64,000 bases of DNA from assembly GCF_025526975.1 (NCBI RefSeq), contig NW_026515674.1:744001-808000 (forward strand). Direction: 5' to 3'. Below the pieces are notes generated by a model. The model was not told the DNA's origin and did no database searches. It saw only the letters and a program-made list of their open reading frames with translations. Below are positions 1-11,148 of the stretch, piece after piece (within the stretch, counting starts at the first letter, position 1; the number at the start of each line of letters is the position of its first letter). The DNA is from Fimicolochytrium jonesii. Taxonomy: Eukaryota. Position numbers and translations under genes: made by a program.

Positions 1-133
1 CCATTGTCCTCGAGCTCCAGCAGTTACGTATGATTTGAGGCCCCAATGTTGTCATACTCCGCTGAGGGGGTAGTTTCCTGTCGGACGCTTTGCGGTGTTA
101 TGAACTAGCAGGCGGTATGATATTTGGCAAAGT

Positions 134-182
134 CGGCGTAGATTTCAAGACAGGACGGTACGGCGTAGATTTCAAGACAGGA
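134..182. repeat. Direct repeat, 22-bp unit CGGCGTAGATTTCAAGACAGGA, two identical copies (period 27)
   Basis: Copies at 134-155 and 161-182. Confidence 0.9.
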
Positions 183-417
183 GCTGTACATAGATGTAGA
201 CACCACTGTGAGCATTCACAAATCCTATGGCAAGAGTTGAAGGTGATGGAGGGTGATCCTTTGGGGTCATGCGAGCGAGGAGCATGGGCGGTCGTTTATT
301 ATGATGTGTATTATGCATACATGTGAATGTGACAACAAACCCAACCTACGTCTAAGGGAGTCTGGCTATATATATACGCCTCAAAGAATCCGCTTACGGG
401 TGGCACACCATGGCAAA

Positions 418-1501
418 TCACTTCGGCAACCTCTCATCATCCCAGTTCACAAACAAGCCATTCAACTCCCTCGGCGCGCTCAGCGCCAGCCTCGCCACGG
501 CGCTCCCAGGCGTCTCCGGCTTCAACAGCTCGCCTCTCTCAAAAAGCCCTACAAACCGCTGCCGACCCTCCTCACCCATCGCCTCCTTGGCATCCTCACT
601 CCTAATGCGCGCCTGCATCGCCGTGTCAACCACACCCGGTCGGATGGCGATGGATGTCAGCAGCGGCTCTTCAACAGCGACGGACGCAACGAGCATGTTG
701 GAAGCGGATTTGGCTGCGCTGTAGGCGGACCAGCCGGATGTGGGGCGGACGGCGGCGCCGGAGGAGATGAGGATGAACCTGCTGGATGTCCCGGATAGGG
801 AAGACGAGGAGGCGGCGGTGCGGAGGTGCGGGATGGCTTCCTGGAGTAGCCGGACGCAGGAGAAGAGGTTGATGTCGAAGCAGCGAACCCAGTCGGTGAT
901 GGGGGCGTCCACGATGCGGGCGAGGGGGTCTAAGATGCCTGTGGTCGCGAAAAATGAACGGATGTTGCTTTAGTTGGATGTAGCATTCGGTGAAGTCGAG
1001 AGTAGGCCAACAGTTGTTGTTTGTCTGAGAGTATCCTGCAGCTATCCTTATATTGGCAGCTCAAAGATTTCCACGTGGTACCACTCGGCCCAGGCTCCGC
1101 CTGGAAACCTATCATGAAGCAAACATACCACCTCCTCATTACCCATCCACACCCCCGCCGCCTCGAAAACCAAACTCACCAGCATTATGCACAAGCGCAT
1201 CCAACCTCCCAAACGCCGAGATCGCTTCCCCGACAATCATCCCCGCCGCGCGCTCATCGGTCACGTCCACCGCAACATAGCGTAGAGCGTCCGGGTACGT
1301 TTTTACCAACTCCGCTAGGGATGGCGAGGAGGAGGGTTCGGTGGTGGAGCTAGTTTCAGCGGAGTTGGTGGACAGAGGAGTGCGTGCGGTTGCGATAACG
1401 CGGGCGTTGTGCTGCAGGAGGGCGTGGACGATGGCGAGACCGATGCCGCGGGAGGCACCGGTGACGATCACGACTGCGGACGTAGTGGAAGGAGGTGTCA
1501 T
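418..1501 (-). CDS. Short-chain dehydrogenase/reductase (classical SDR), 2 exons (1501-1180, 938-418)
   Basis: VIVTGASRGIG Rossmann motif, HNAG, ISSGAA, catalytic YSAAK, RPGVVDT. GT-AG intron 1179-939 joins HNAG to ILDPLAR in frame. Confidence 0.92.
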
Positions 1502-2336
1502 GATGGCTTCGTGGTTGTGTTGGAGATTGAGCTGGGGACCAGGAGGTCGAAGCAAGCTTCGTTATTACGTCCGTTTTCTGGCGACAAGACGCCGAGTGCC
1601 ATTTGCCGAGTTCTCATGTTCTTAAGCGGTTTTTGGTTACAGTACCAACGACGCGGTCTCGGACCTTTGTGTCATTCTTCGCAAATTGACAGGAACCCGT
1701 CACTGGTCGACTTACTGCTTGGGGTGAAGTCAACATACTTCTTGTACATATTTCTGTAGACTCCTCGTACAAGAAAACCTCAGTCGCATCGCAGCTACCA
1801 GCGCAGCTACCAACATCCAATCCGTCCGCACGGAGCAACTCTCGGGTCTGTGAGGAAATGACCTTGCAAAAGCGAGCGTTCAGTGAAGCGGGACGGGCGA
1901 CAAGCAAATCCTTAGCTATGACGGTAGAATCGACGAGGTAATCATATCGGGTGCCTACGGTGTAGCTAATAAGGCGTATAACCCGGACAGAATCATTTCC
2001 GGTCAAGCGCTTGCATGAACTCCGACAGCCACGTTTATCTACGACGCGAAACATCATATGCAAATGTAGGTTTCGCAATGACAGGTGCTGATATCCCTTT
2101 TCGAACTGCTAAAACTCTCCTAACCCGACATTTCTCCGAGTCGTGGTGTGTGAGTCGAGTGATCGTTTATAAAAAGCTATATATTATACAACATATATAC
2201 ATAGAGTTAGGCCCCAATCGCAACTGAAGATAGATGGCCACCAGAGAAGCCGTGTATATACAGTAGCCAGAAGATATGCGACGTACGCAGAGTCCCGGCC
2301 GCTACGACCTCCCATCAAAAGAGGGTAGTCTTCGGC

Positions 2337-4166
2337 TCAAGCAATCGTGGCAATATCTTTGATGTCCCGATACATTTCGCCGCGGTATCTCCCAACATAC
2401 TCGGGTATCTTCACCCGAATCCATACTGCCGTCGATACGCACCACACCACTAACCACACAGCCGAAAGCCACAGCACCCGGGCGCTCTCGCAACACCATT
2501 TCAATGTCTTTGCAGCCGACCAGTCCGGATCTTTCAAAAGCGTCTCCAGAAACCTCCCAGCGTCCACACTCCACTTATCAAACGTGTGATAAAATCCGTT
2601 CGCCACAGTCAGCATCGCCGCCATGCAGCACATATAGACCACGCACTTCCTGAAGATGACCGTCGAGTAGCGTGCAATGAGCGCGTCTGGGTTGTTAATC
2701 CACGCAAGCAGCATCGATCCAAAAGACGCGTAGACGATAATGTGTGTCAGGTAAAGCCCGAAAGAGACTTTGCCAAGAAACTTCACCGGGCGGGTCTCAA
2801 AGACACGCTGGAGCGAAGGCGTGAGTTCGAAGAGGAGGATGAAGGCGCAGGCCGCGTAGAAGTACGCTATGTCCCATTCCCACCACTCAGGCAAGCCGCG
2901 GCCGATGCCAAGGCGGCCATCGCCGTGGTAGTCAAAGGCCCAGCTCGCTGTCCATCTGGCGATGCGTTCCGAATATGGCGATTTTATCCATGTGCCGAAC
3001 GCGGCGATCGCGAGAAAGAGGCGGACGGGCCAGATGAGTAAGGCGTGGGATCTCAGTCGAGCCAGGTAGCCTGAATGAGCCAGGTCGGCGATGAAGAGGC
3101 CCGCCGCGAAATTAGCAGCCCATGTTTCGGTCCAGAAGAACCAGAATGTGAGGATGGCGTGCAGAAGGAATCGGTGGTGTGGGTAGGCTTGAGTAATCAG
3201 GGCAAGAGCAAAGACGAGGAAGGAGCCTTGTAGCTCGGTGCCTATCGTCCACACCGGCGAATTGGGCCAAATCCCGGACTGACCTCCCGGAAGGAACTTA
3301 GTAAGATGGGCAACATTGTTTTAGTCAAATGGAGTGCGATTCGACTAAATATGCTGAATTGAATGGGTACTCACGCAAGAGATCGAATTCAAGACCGACT
3401 TCCAGAACCCAGGTCTCGCATGCTTGGCAAGGCGTGCTACTTCCTCCCATGTCCCCATTCGCTCCGCAGCTAGGTCGGCGTATCCATACCCGTTGAAGCT
3501 ATCGACAACCCAGTTGAGCCACAACGAACCTATAACCGGAATGATCATTCTAGCAGGACGGCGCAGGAACGCACTCGCCAACCTGTCCGTCGCAGGCTTT
3601 TTCATGTAACCGATGCCGAGGACGCGACCCGAGAGGACGAAAAAGAAGGACACCGCAAAATTCCCCTCCACCAGGCATCGCGCCAGCCCGTTCCACAGAG
3701 GCGACCACTTGTCAACCGTGGGAACGTAATCGAGTTGGTAGGAGAGCAGATGCGCGTTGACCACTATCCAGGCGGCGACACCCCGTGCACCGTCGAGGTA
3801 TTCTAGCTTGGAGGCCGGTGGCCGAACGGACGTGGGAACTGTGCTTTCTTGATACGACTGCGACTTGACATCCCGCAGTTTGTCCTCCGACGCGTAAGAA
3901 TGGGATTTTGGCAGTGACTCTCCGCCGTCCTTGCCGGTGGTTACGTGTGGTTTTCGGAAATGCACCCGTTGACAGGCATAGATGTCTTCCTGGTTGTAGT
4001 GCTCGTCCGCGACTGTAGTCGACCCACTGGCGTCGCTGGAGGTTAGACTCTCAAATATTGTGTTGGCCGGGGAGGGCGAGGCTGAGCGGCCATCCGATGC
4101 TGTGGAGGTCGTCGGTGGCGAAGGACGACTCCAGCCGGCGCTGTCGTTGGGGCTGGGAGGTTGCAT
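2337..4166 (-). CDS. Acyltransferase-3 family integral membrane O-acyltransferase, 2 exons (4166-3375, 3296-2337)
   Basis: LEYLDGARGVAAW..H, AVSFFFVLSG, RRPAR, WTIGTE, FLGKVSFGLYLTH motifs and many hydrophobic segments. GTGAGT...AAG intron 3374-3297. Confidence 0.88.
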
Positions 4167-4798
4167 GTCTGGCAATCACCCACCGGGAAAATGGGTAGAA
4201 GATAGACCAGAACGATGAGTGGATAGTTCCCTCGCCGAGAACAGAGAGGTTAGTTGGAACGGACAGAACAAGGACTTGATTCTCGAGCGACGGATGGACC
4301 AGAAAACAGCCAGGCAGCACGGTCCGTCGCCATTGCGGGACAAGGAGCCCTCCGAGGGAGAATACTACGCAGGGGCCCCCCTCCCTGTTCGCGCGTCAGT
4401 TGAGTGCAAACGCGTGAATTTGGCGGCGCGGCAGTCGCTAACTTATTCCAGGGGTCCAGCTTTATTTCCACTGACTGGTCTACAGTACCCAGATGGGTAC
4501 GTATGATATTAACGATGTTTGAGCTTGGGCGCCACTACCGCTTTTTACGGCCAACAACAAAAAGTCATTCTCGGAGAAGGGCTCTGAATGGACAGGTGGG
4601 CTCTGCGATAAGAGGGCATTGTACTCGACCCGGAGGTCTAATGCAAGACGAGAGAAGCGTTTGCAGGGCCTGTAACCAGAAAGAGGGCAAGAAGTCAACA
4701 GGGTAGGAATTGAACAAAGCACAGAGGAAGCCGAGAAGGAGTGGGAACTCAACAGCAGAGGAATCGTATGTAATGGTTATCAGTGAATAAAGAGGGTG

Positions 4799-4905
4799 GA
4801 AATTTCAAAAAGCACCACAGCAGAGGAAGCACGCTTGACAGGCATAGAAGCAAAGTGAAATTCAGAGAAAGCACGCTTGAATGGCATAAAAGCAAGGCGA
4901 AATTC
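4799..4905 (+). repeat. Tandem 42-bp repeat (4822-4863, 4864-4905) plus a degenerate copy of the tRNA 5' end
   Basis: Units match at 36/42 positions. AGCACCACAGCAGAGGAAGCACGC (4811-4834) resembles the tRNA 5' segment AGCACCATAGCGCAGAGGAAGCGCGC. Confidence 0.8.
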
Positions 4906-4911
4906 ATCAAC

Positions 4912-4983
4912 AGCACCATAGCGCAGAGGAAGCGCGCAGGGCTCATAACCCTGAGGCCCCAAGATCGAAACTTGGTGGTGCTA
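4912..4983 (+). tRNA. Initiator tRNA-Met (CAT)
   Basis: Acceptor stem AGCACCA/TGGTGCT with A1:U72; anticodon arm CAGGG-CTCATAA-CCCTG with three G-C pairs; T arm CCAAG-ATCGAAA-CTTGG with the eukaryotic initiator loop; no intron. Confidence 0.97.
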
Positions 4984-4988
4984 CTCTC

Positions 4989-4994
4989 TTTTTT
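4989..4994 (+). terminator. RNA polymerase III oligo-T terminator of tRNAi-Met
   Basis: T6 run starting 6 nt downstream of the discriminator base. Confidence 0.8.
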
Positions 4995-5164
4995 GATTTT
5001 TGGCCCTGTCTCTCTCCCCCCGGCTTACAATACCTCTGAAGTCAATTCCCTACACTACCCGCCTACTCGATCGCTCCAGGAGCTACTGTACTTCGCCCCC
5101 GCCGCTGCAGCCCGTACCCACACGTTTTTCCCGCCCGTACACCCAAAAAGTTCAGGAACCCGTG

Positions 5165-7296
5165 ATGGATGACAACGATTCTGCGGTAGGTCCCAGGGCC
5201 TTTTCTTCTCACACCCCGGCAACCTGCCCTTACACGTCGTCCGCAGAGAGCAAACCAAAATACCGGTCGTATTTTGGAGCTTAGGCCCGGGCAGGAACTG
5301 CGCTTCGAAAACGACTTTTCGCCGGCGAACGTCATAACCTTGAAGGTAAGGAACCGTTGAAGCGTTGAGTCCACCCCAAGGTACCAGGATTTAGATAGTC
5401 CGCAACGTGGTGCAGGGAAGGGTAGAAGTGGATTGCGTGCTTGGGGGGCCTGGTCACGGGAACGGGCGGACTAGATGATCCTATCGCTCGGCGCTTGTGC
5501 CAACCGGCACCTCGTAACCTTCTAGCAACTCGTTTGCTCGTATAAAAGATTCTATCAATCATGTTCTAGAAACCGCAGATCGTCGCGCTTATTCCTTTAC
5601 TGCTATGGTCCCTTGGTAGTTGAAATCCGGCCATGCTGAAGTTTTCGGATCTGAGCTAGCCACGGATCCCGTGTATTCATTTTCGGGCAGGAAGGTTGCC
5701 GTTTACACATGGCATGGGTGTCAACTACAGATACGTGCTCCCCTCCAGATTGAGCGCATTGGGGGATGTTGGGTTGTGATAATGTTCCACGAACTTGTGC
5801 TCATATTGTTCATCGCCTTTTACGTGGGAGGCACCCCAACGGTGGAGTATATCGCAGATGAAACCCCGATGCAGAGTTATTTGAACGTGCATATGGCTCT
5901 CGAGCAAATGCGGGCAGCTGCAGAAGCTTCAGGAGAGGAAGGACCAAGAGTAAGCGGGGGCTTTCTTGAACTCATGCAATTCATGGGACTCTATAGCGGC
6001 CTCTGACGACCATCTGATTCTGATCACAGGTGTTGATCGTCGGCCCGGCAGATGTTGGAAAGACCTCACTGTCAAAGATCTTACTTAACTACGCTGTGAA
6101 GCAAGGACGAAAGCCTATATTCGTTGATATAGATCCAAACGAGGTATGTGGTGAACTTTCTTGAACATTCTGCCTCCGAAGTCCAATCAGTACGATGATG
6201 TTTTCCATTTAGGGATCAATAAGCTTGCCAGGTACATTAACAGCGATGGCGATAGGGAAACCCATTGACATGGAGGAAGAGTTCTCTGCGTCCTCTATTG
6301 CCACCGGAACCAGCCCATTAGTGTATTACTATGGATATCCATCGCCTTTGGACAAACCCAAGCTTTACAATACAATGGTGCAACGACTAGCGACCACCGT
6401 TCGACGAAAGCTGGGAGAAGCAGATGGTATTGTTTCTGCAAAGGAGGGAAATGTCGTCGGGTCCTTCTCTTGCACAGGCTCATTCTCTTCGTTTTCAGTG
6501 AAAGCTTCCGGATTTATCATTAACACCCCAAGCCAATTTGTTGATGTCGCTGGATATGAGAGCCTATCTAAGATTATTGAAGGGTTCGGAGGTAAAAGTG
6601 TAAGCCTGCGGGCGTGTTGAATAAACTGGGTGCACCAGCGTATTAACGCTTCGGCCGTTAGTGAATGCCATCCTGGTAATAGGACACGAGCGCCTCTACA
6701 GTGAGCTCCGCCGAAGATGTCCGGATGGGTCGGGAATATCGATCGTCAAGCTAGCCAAGTCTGGAGGGGTATGTGCGACTGAAGAACAAGAACGAGGAAG
6801 CATCCTCTCGAAGCCCGACTGACGTGTCATGCGACAGGTCGTGACAAGAGACAAAACCTTTAGGAGACACCTAGACATGCACCGCATCAAAGAATACTTT
6901 TACGGCACCCAGAAGGCAGACCTGAGTCCGTACTCTAGCCTGGTCTCCTTCTCAGATGTCGCTATTCGGAAGGTTGGGGAAGGCACGCTAGCCCCATCGT
7001 CCGCGTTGCCTATCGGCTCGGAGCGACTCATCCAGGAAACGAGGCTTGCGATAGTAGATCCCGGTGATATCCTCTTGCATTCGGTGCTAGCACTCTCCAA
7101 TGCGTCCATACCGGACGACGCTGCGGCTGTAACACCGGAAGAGGAAAGCGCAGCGGTGTTGGGCACCAATCTTGCGGGCTTCGTTTATGTTAGTATGGTC
7201 GACGAAGGCAAGGCCAAGATGACGGTGTTGGCTCCAAATCCTGGCAGATTGCCTAGGAAGTATATGATCATGGCGTCCCTGAAATATAGAGAATGA
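5165..7296 (+). CDS. CLP1: mRNA cleavage and polyadenylation factor Clp1, multi-exon
   Basis: [26 protein letters not shown]-loop [48 protein letters not shown]. Canonical introns except a probable AT-AC intron at 5731-5823. Confidence 0.95.
5731..5823 (+). other. Probable AT-AC spliceosomal intron in CLP1
   Basis: CAG|ATACGT...GCTCAT...CCTTTTAC|GTG. Removal gives [16 protein letters not shown], colinear with Clp1 orthologs as I recall them. Confidence 0.72.
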
Positions 7297-7532
7297 AAAG
7301 TGAAGCGGCGTGACACCAGTACGTAGATGTCGGTAGCTTGAGTATGAGCATTGTTCTTGGCATGAAAACCGAAGGTCGTATTCAGGAAAATGCATAAGTT
7401 ACAAATGATAATTATAAAACTGTACAACGGAATTAAGCGGAATCCGCCGGCTTGTGAAGGCGGAGGGGAGGCCGGAGAAGGTGGATGCTACCTCAAAGAG
7501 GCGCTGTCAACAGACAGGTACGATCGTCTCGG

Positions 7533-10500
7533 CTAGTACGCCATATATGGTAGCGGGGTGGGATGCCCCATGTGATTTGAATATTGGGGGTGCCTTCGAC
7601 CTCCAAACGGTTGGAAAAGAACCGTAGGTCCTGATTTCGTTCTTCGTCGCATTTCTTCGTGAGAGGGAACTTTGCCTTGGGCCGCGAAGGGCGGCATATG
7701 GTATAATTGATGGCCATACCGTGTCATCTGGTGTAGCGAGGGCATAACCTGGTCATGGGGATATAATCGAGGATATTGAAGGTTCCTTGGTATGGAGGGT
7801 ACGGGCGGTGCATCGGCGTGGTAAAGCAGCGGGTGATTGGTATCTTCTGGGTGGATATAAGGACATGGATTTGAGAAGCTGCCGGCGTTGAGCTGAACAT
7901 GGTGATTTGATGGAGAACGATAGCGATGTCTGTCGACACTAGTGCTTCTCTGCTTTCGAGTGTTCGTACACGGATCCGACTGGGACGTTTGACACGACTG
8001 GCGATCGAACGAGGTATCGCCGGCGGGGCCGGACTTTGCGTTCTCTGTCCCGCTCCGATCGGACCGCTGCCCACGAGATCTACTGCGTTTCTTCGGTTTA
8101 CTGGCGGGCTGAGCCGTTGGCGTAGAGGCGCGTCCTCGGTCGCTGTTCCGATCATTGTCGGACTGGGAAGCGCGCATTTGATTCGTTCTCCATACTGCGC
8201 GAGCGCGAGGAGGAAGTTGTAGTAATGGCGGTGGTGGTGGATGTGGATAGTGCTGGCAGGGGTACCTATTGTCAAGTGGGGATGCGGGCACGCCGACTAC
8301 ACCAAGCATGAGACCTTGCACCTCTCTCAAGGCGTCTGCAGCGCGTAGCATAACCATCTCTCGTTCCCGACGTTCACCCTCCGCTCGCATCGCTTGTTCA
8401 CGTTCGGCGAGCTGGGCGGCGTGGCGTGCACGTTCGGAGAAGCGATATATTAGGTGGGCGCGTTGAGCTGCCACCTCGGACGCGAAAGCGTATTGTAAGC
8501 TACAAGCTGCTATAGACGAGAGAAGTGCGGCCTGTTGTGACGCGCGGTGGAAGTTTGCGCTGATTTGGTTCACGTCTTCGTCAAACTGGACAATGGACGT
8601 GTATTTATTCTCACCGATCTACGGGTGTAATATGATCGGTAAGCATAGCAAATATCATTCATTCATTGTCAAGCACAATACACACCTTCTTGGTAATGAA
8701 GTCTTGGCCTTTAGCCAGTACTCGTTTGCAACGCGCTATGGTCTTCTCGTAATTGAGCAGCACAAAGCTAACGATCCAGGCGTCGTCCGGCTCTACTTTT
8801 CCGCGCTCATCGATGGTTCCCATGAGACGCAGCAAACGGGCTTCATCCTGCCGCCATGCTGTCATCTGAGCTGCTTTCGAGCGATACAAATGTCGGTTCT
8901 GGTGACGGTCGATGTTGCGGAGTGCGACAAGTGTTTTCCGAGTGCATTCGGCGTGATGTTGGCGGAGCCGAGAGTGGGCGCACGGCATGTGTGGGATGGA
9001 GATGGCGGTCATCAGATCTGTATCTGCATGACGCAAATGGGAGAGGAGTTTAGCTTTGTTTCCCAAAGATACCTGGGAAATGGTTGAGTGTCTTACATCG
9101 TTGCTTGGCATCTCGTTCCAAGTCCGCAAATCTATCATCTGAAAGGTACAACAGACTCGAGTCAGTGTAGCTCCGTTTTCATCTCTGCCTCTGCCGACGT
9201 ACCACGCAGCTCCTGGCAGATGATGTTGAGGTCCAGGACTCCTCCGTCATCATTGAGCATGTTGCAGCAGAGTTTCAACACCTGAACAAACTCTGTAAGA
9301 ACGAAGGTCCAGATGAGTAATTTGAGGTGAAACGAGATTATCCTACTCGCGGAACTACCTCGTCCCGTTAACGCGAGGGAGCCTCCATGTTCCGAAGTCA
9401 AGCATTTGTTTCCAATCGCTTTGTAGACCGTCTCCGAGATGGTATCCATACGTTGCTGATGGAGGTTGTTCGGTGGGCGAACAGGGTTCTTCCCGTCGGA
9501 ACCACTTGGGGTATCATCGCACCCGGGCCCGTCAAAGTTTTGTGACGTTGGGACTGAAAAGAGCGATGGATCCTCGAACACCTTCTGAAGAACGGCTTGT
9601 GCCAAAGCCGTCGCATCATTCGTCGGATCGATATCTGAAGATGGCTCTAGCAATCCTGCAAGGCGACGAGTGTCATGCTCTTCTGAATCCCGCGCGTCAA
9701 GCATAATCCAAACAATCTTCGCCAATGATGCCGACAGCACGTCTAGCGGCGTAGACCGGTCCAGTAGAACGGGCAACTGGGCGAGCGCAGTGAACGGTAA
9801 CATACTTTCTCGCCCGGAACAATCGGGACTTACAAACACTAGGCATGATGCCACGATTGCTAACAGGGCCAGTACTTTTGACTCCCATGCTACTTCATTT
9901 GCGTCCGCGGTTCCCTCAGATCGAGTCCGTCCCGTGAATGGAGGTGCATCGATCAGTAGTAGCTTAGTCCGGTAGTGCGGAAGCAACGGTTCGCTCTCCT
10001 CTAAAGCGTCCTCCCGCACATTATTCAGTGGTGCATCCAATACCATCATGGTCAGCACCTTCGAATTCGAATCATCACTACGCTTGCATGATCCCATCGG
10101 CACTTTCACTCTCGTCATGTTTCCAAGGATTTGGCTAATGCTTCCATGCTGTTTTCCTCCTCCAACTGCGGCCATGACGACAATCGGCTCGTTCATGGAG
10201 TGTAGGCGTTCCATCCCTTCAGAGCACGGGACTAGCATGCCGCTCGTCAAAATCTCCAGGAGGGGAAGACTCGCGACCTTTGTAGGAGTGGGGCCGCTTC
10301 CTGGACTGAAGGCTGTGGCTCGCGCCATGTCGTCGCAGCCAGTCGTGAGGACCGTAATAGGTGCAGCGGCCTCAACGGAATCAGACCGCACGTTCATCAG
10401 ATCATCGGCTGTACACCTTGCAAACGCCGGAGCCTGATTCTGCGGGCTTCGGATCTGATGGGTTGCCGTGGGCGTTAGTGGCAGCTCCGCATTTAAGATC

Positions 10501-11148
10501 TCCTCCGTAGGGCTGTAGCATTCCTCGTTCAATACGTCGTGGATAAACTCCTCTGGCAAGCCAACATTTGGCTCGGCCGTTGGGGTTAGCACGTCTTTGA
10601 CTCTTCCTTCATCCACATCTAGTGATCTCCTGGGCTCTCCCTCTCCGGTTTCGCGTAGCTCTTTCAACAGGTTGGACATCATCTCCTCATTCTTGCCAAC
10701 CAGAAGCCCTTTCCGTCGCTCCGCCCGTTCAGCAGCAGGACTACGTGGGCCATCATCCTTTGCCAAGCGCATCTGGTCTATAAGATCATCCAGATTCCGC
10801 TCCTTCTTCCCCAACGTGCGGAACTTCCCAAACAAGCCCTTAATCCCGCCACTGCCACTGCCGCTGCTATTTCGCGATGATGATGTACTCAATGTTTCGA
10901 GTGAAAGACTTGCTGTTGGTGAGACGGGGCTTGTCAGCTGGCTGCCGTCGAAGGTGCTGGAACTATCATGTCGGGAGACATGGTTTTGGAGGATCGGTTT
11001 GCGAAACGTTAGTGCTTGCGGGCCGGCGCTGGTGGCCAGTCGATGAGGTGAACTGAACTCCCGGCTACTAAAACAACCATCACTACTGCCGTCGGACTTC
11101 ATTATCGGAGGTCTCACTACGTCCAGAAGAACTTGAGAGGTTGGTGGT
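7533..11148 (-). CDS. Large multi-exon protein with degenerate guanylate-binding-protein (GBP/atlastin-like) domain; start codon uncertain (in-frame ATG at 11102, possible upstream exon)
   Basis: ORFs 9162-11117, 8659-9138 and 7533-8573 can be joined by GT-AG introns. EPIVVMAAVG, KLLLID and WESKVLALLAIVASCLVF resemble GBP segments and are followed by a helical/coiled-coil region. Confidence 0.7.

Noticed and set aside
1..55. ATG-initiated frame on the minus strand running off the window
   Set aside because: Only 18 codons visible; no recognisable motif.
134..182. 22-bp direct repeat as a CRISPR-like array
   Set aside because: Only two copies with a 5-bp spacer, no cas genes, eukaryotic context.
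1080..1092. GGCCGAGTGGT (minus strand), like a tRNA D-arm/A-box, in the SDR intron
   Set aside because: No anticodon arm, T arm or acceptor stem; not a tRNA.
1614..2078. 154-aa minus-strand ORF between the acyltransferase and SDR genes
   Set aside because: No recognisable domain or convincing splice structure; likely intergenic or UTR.
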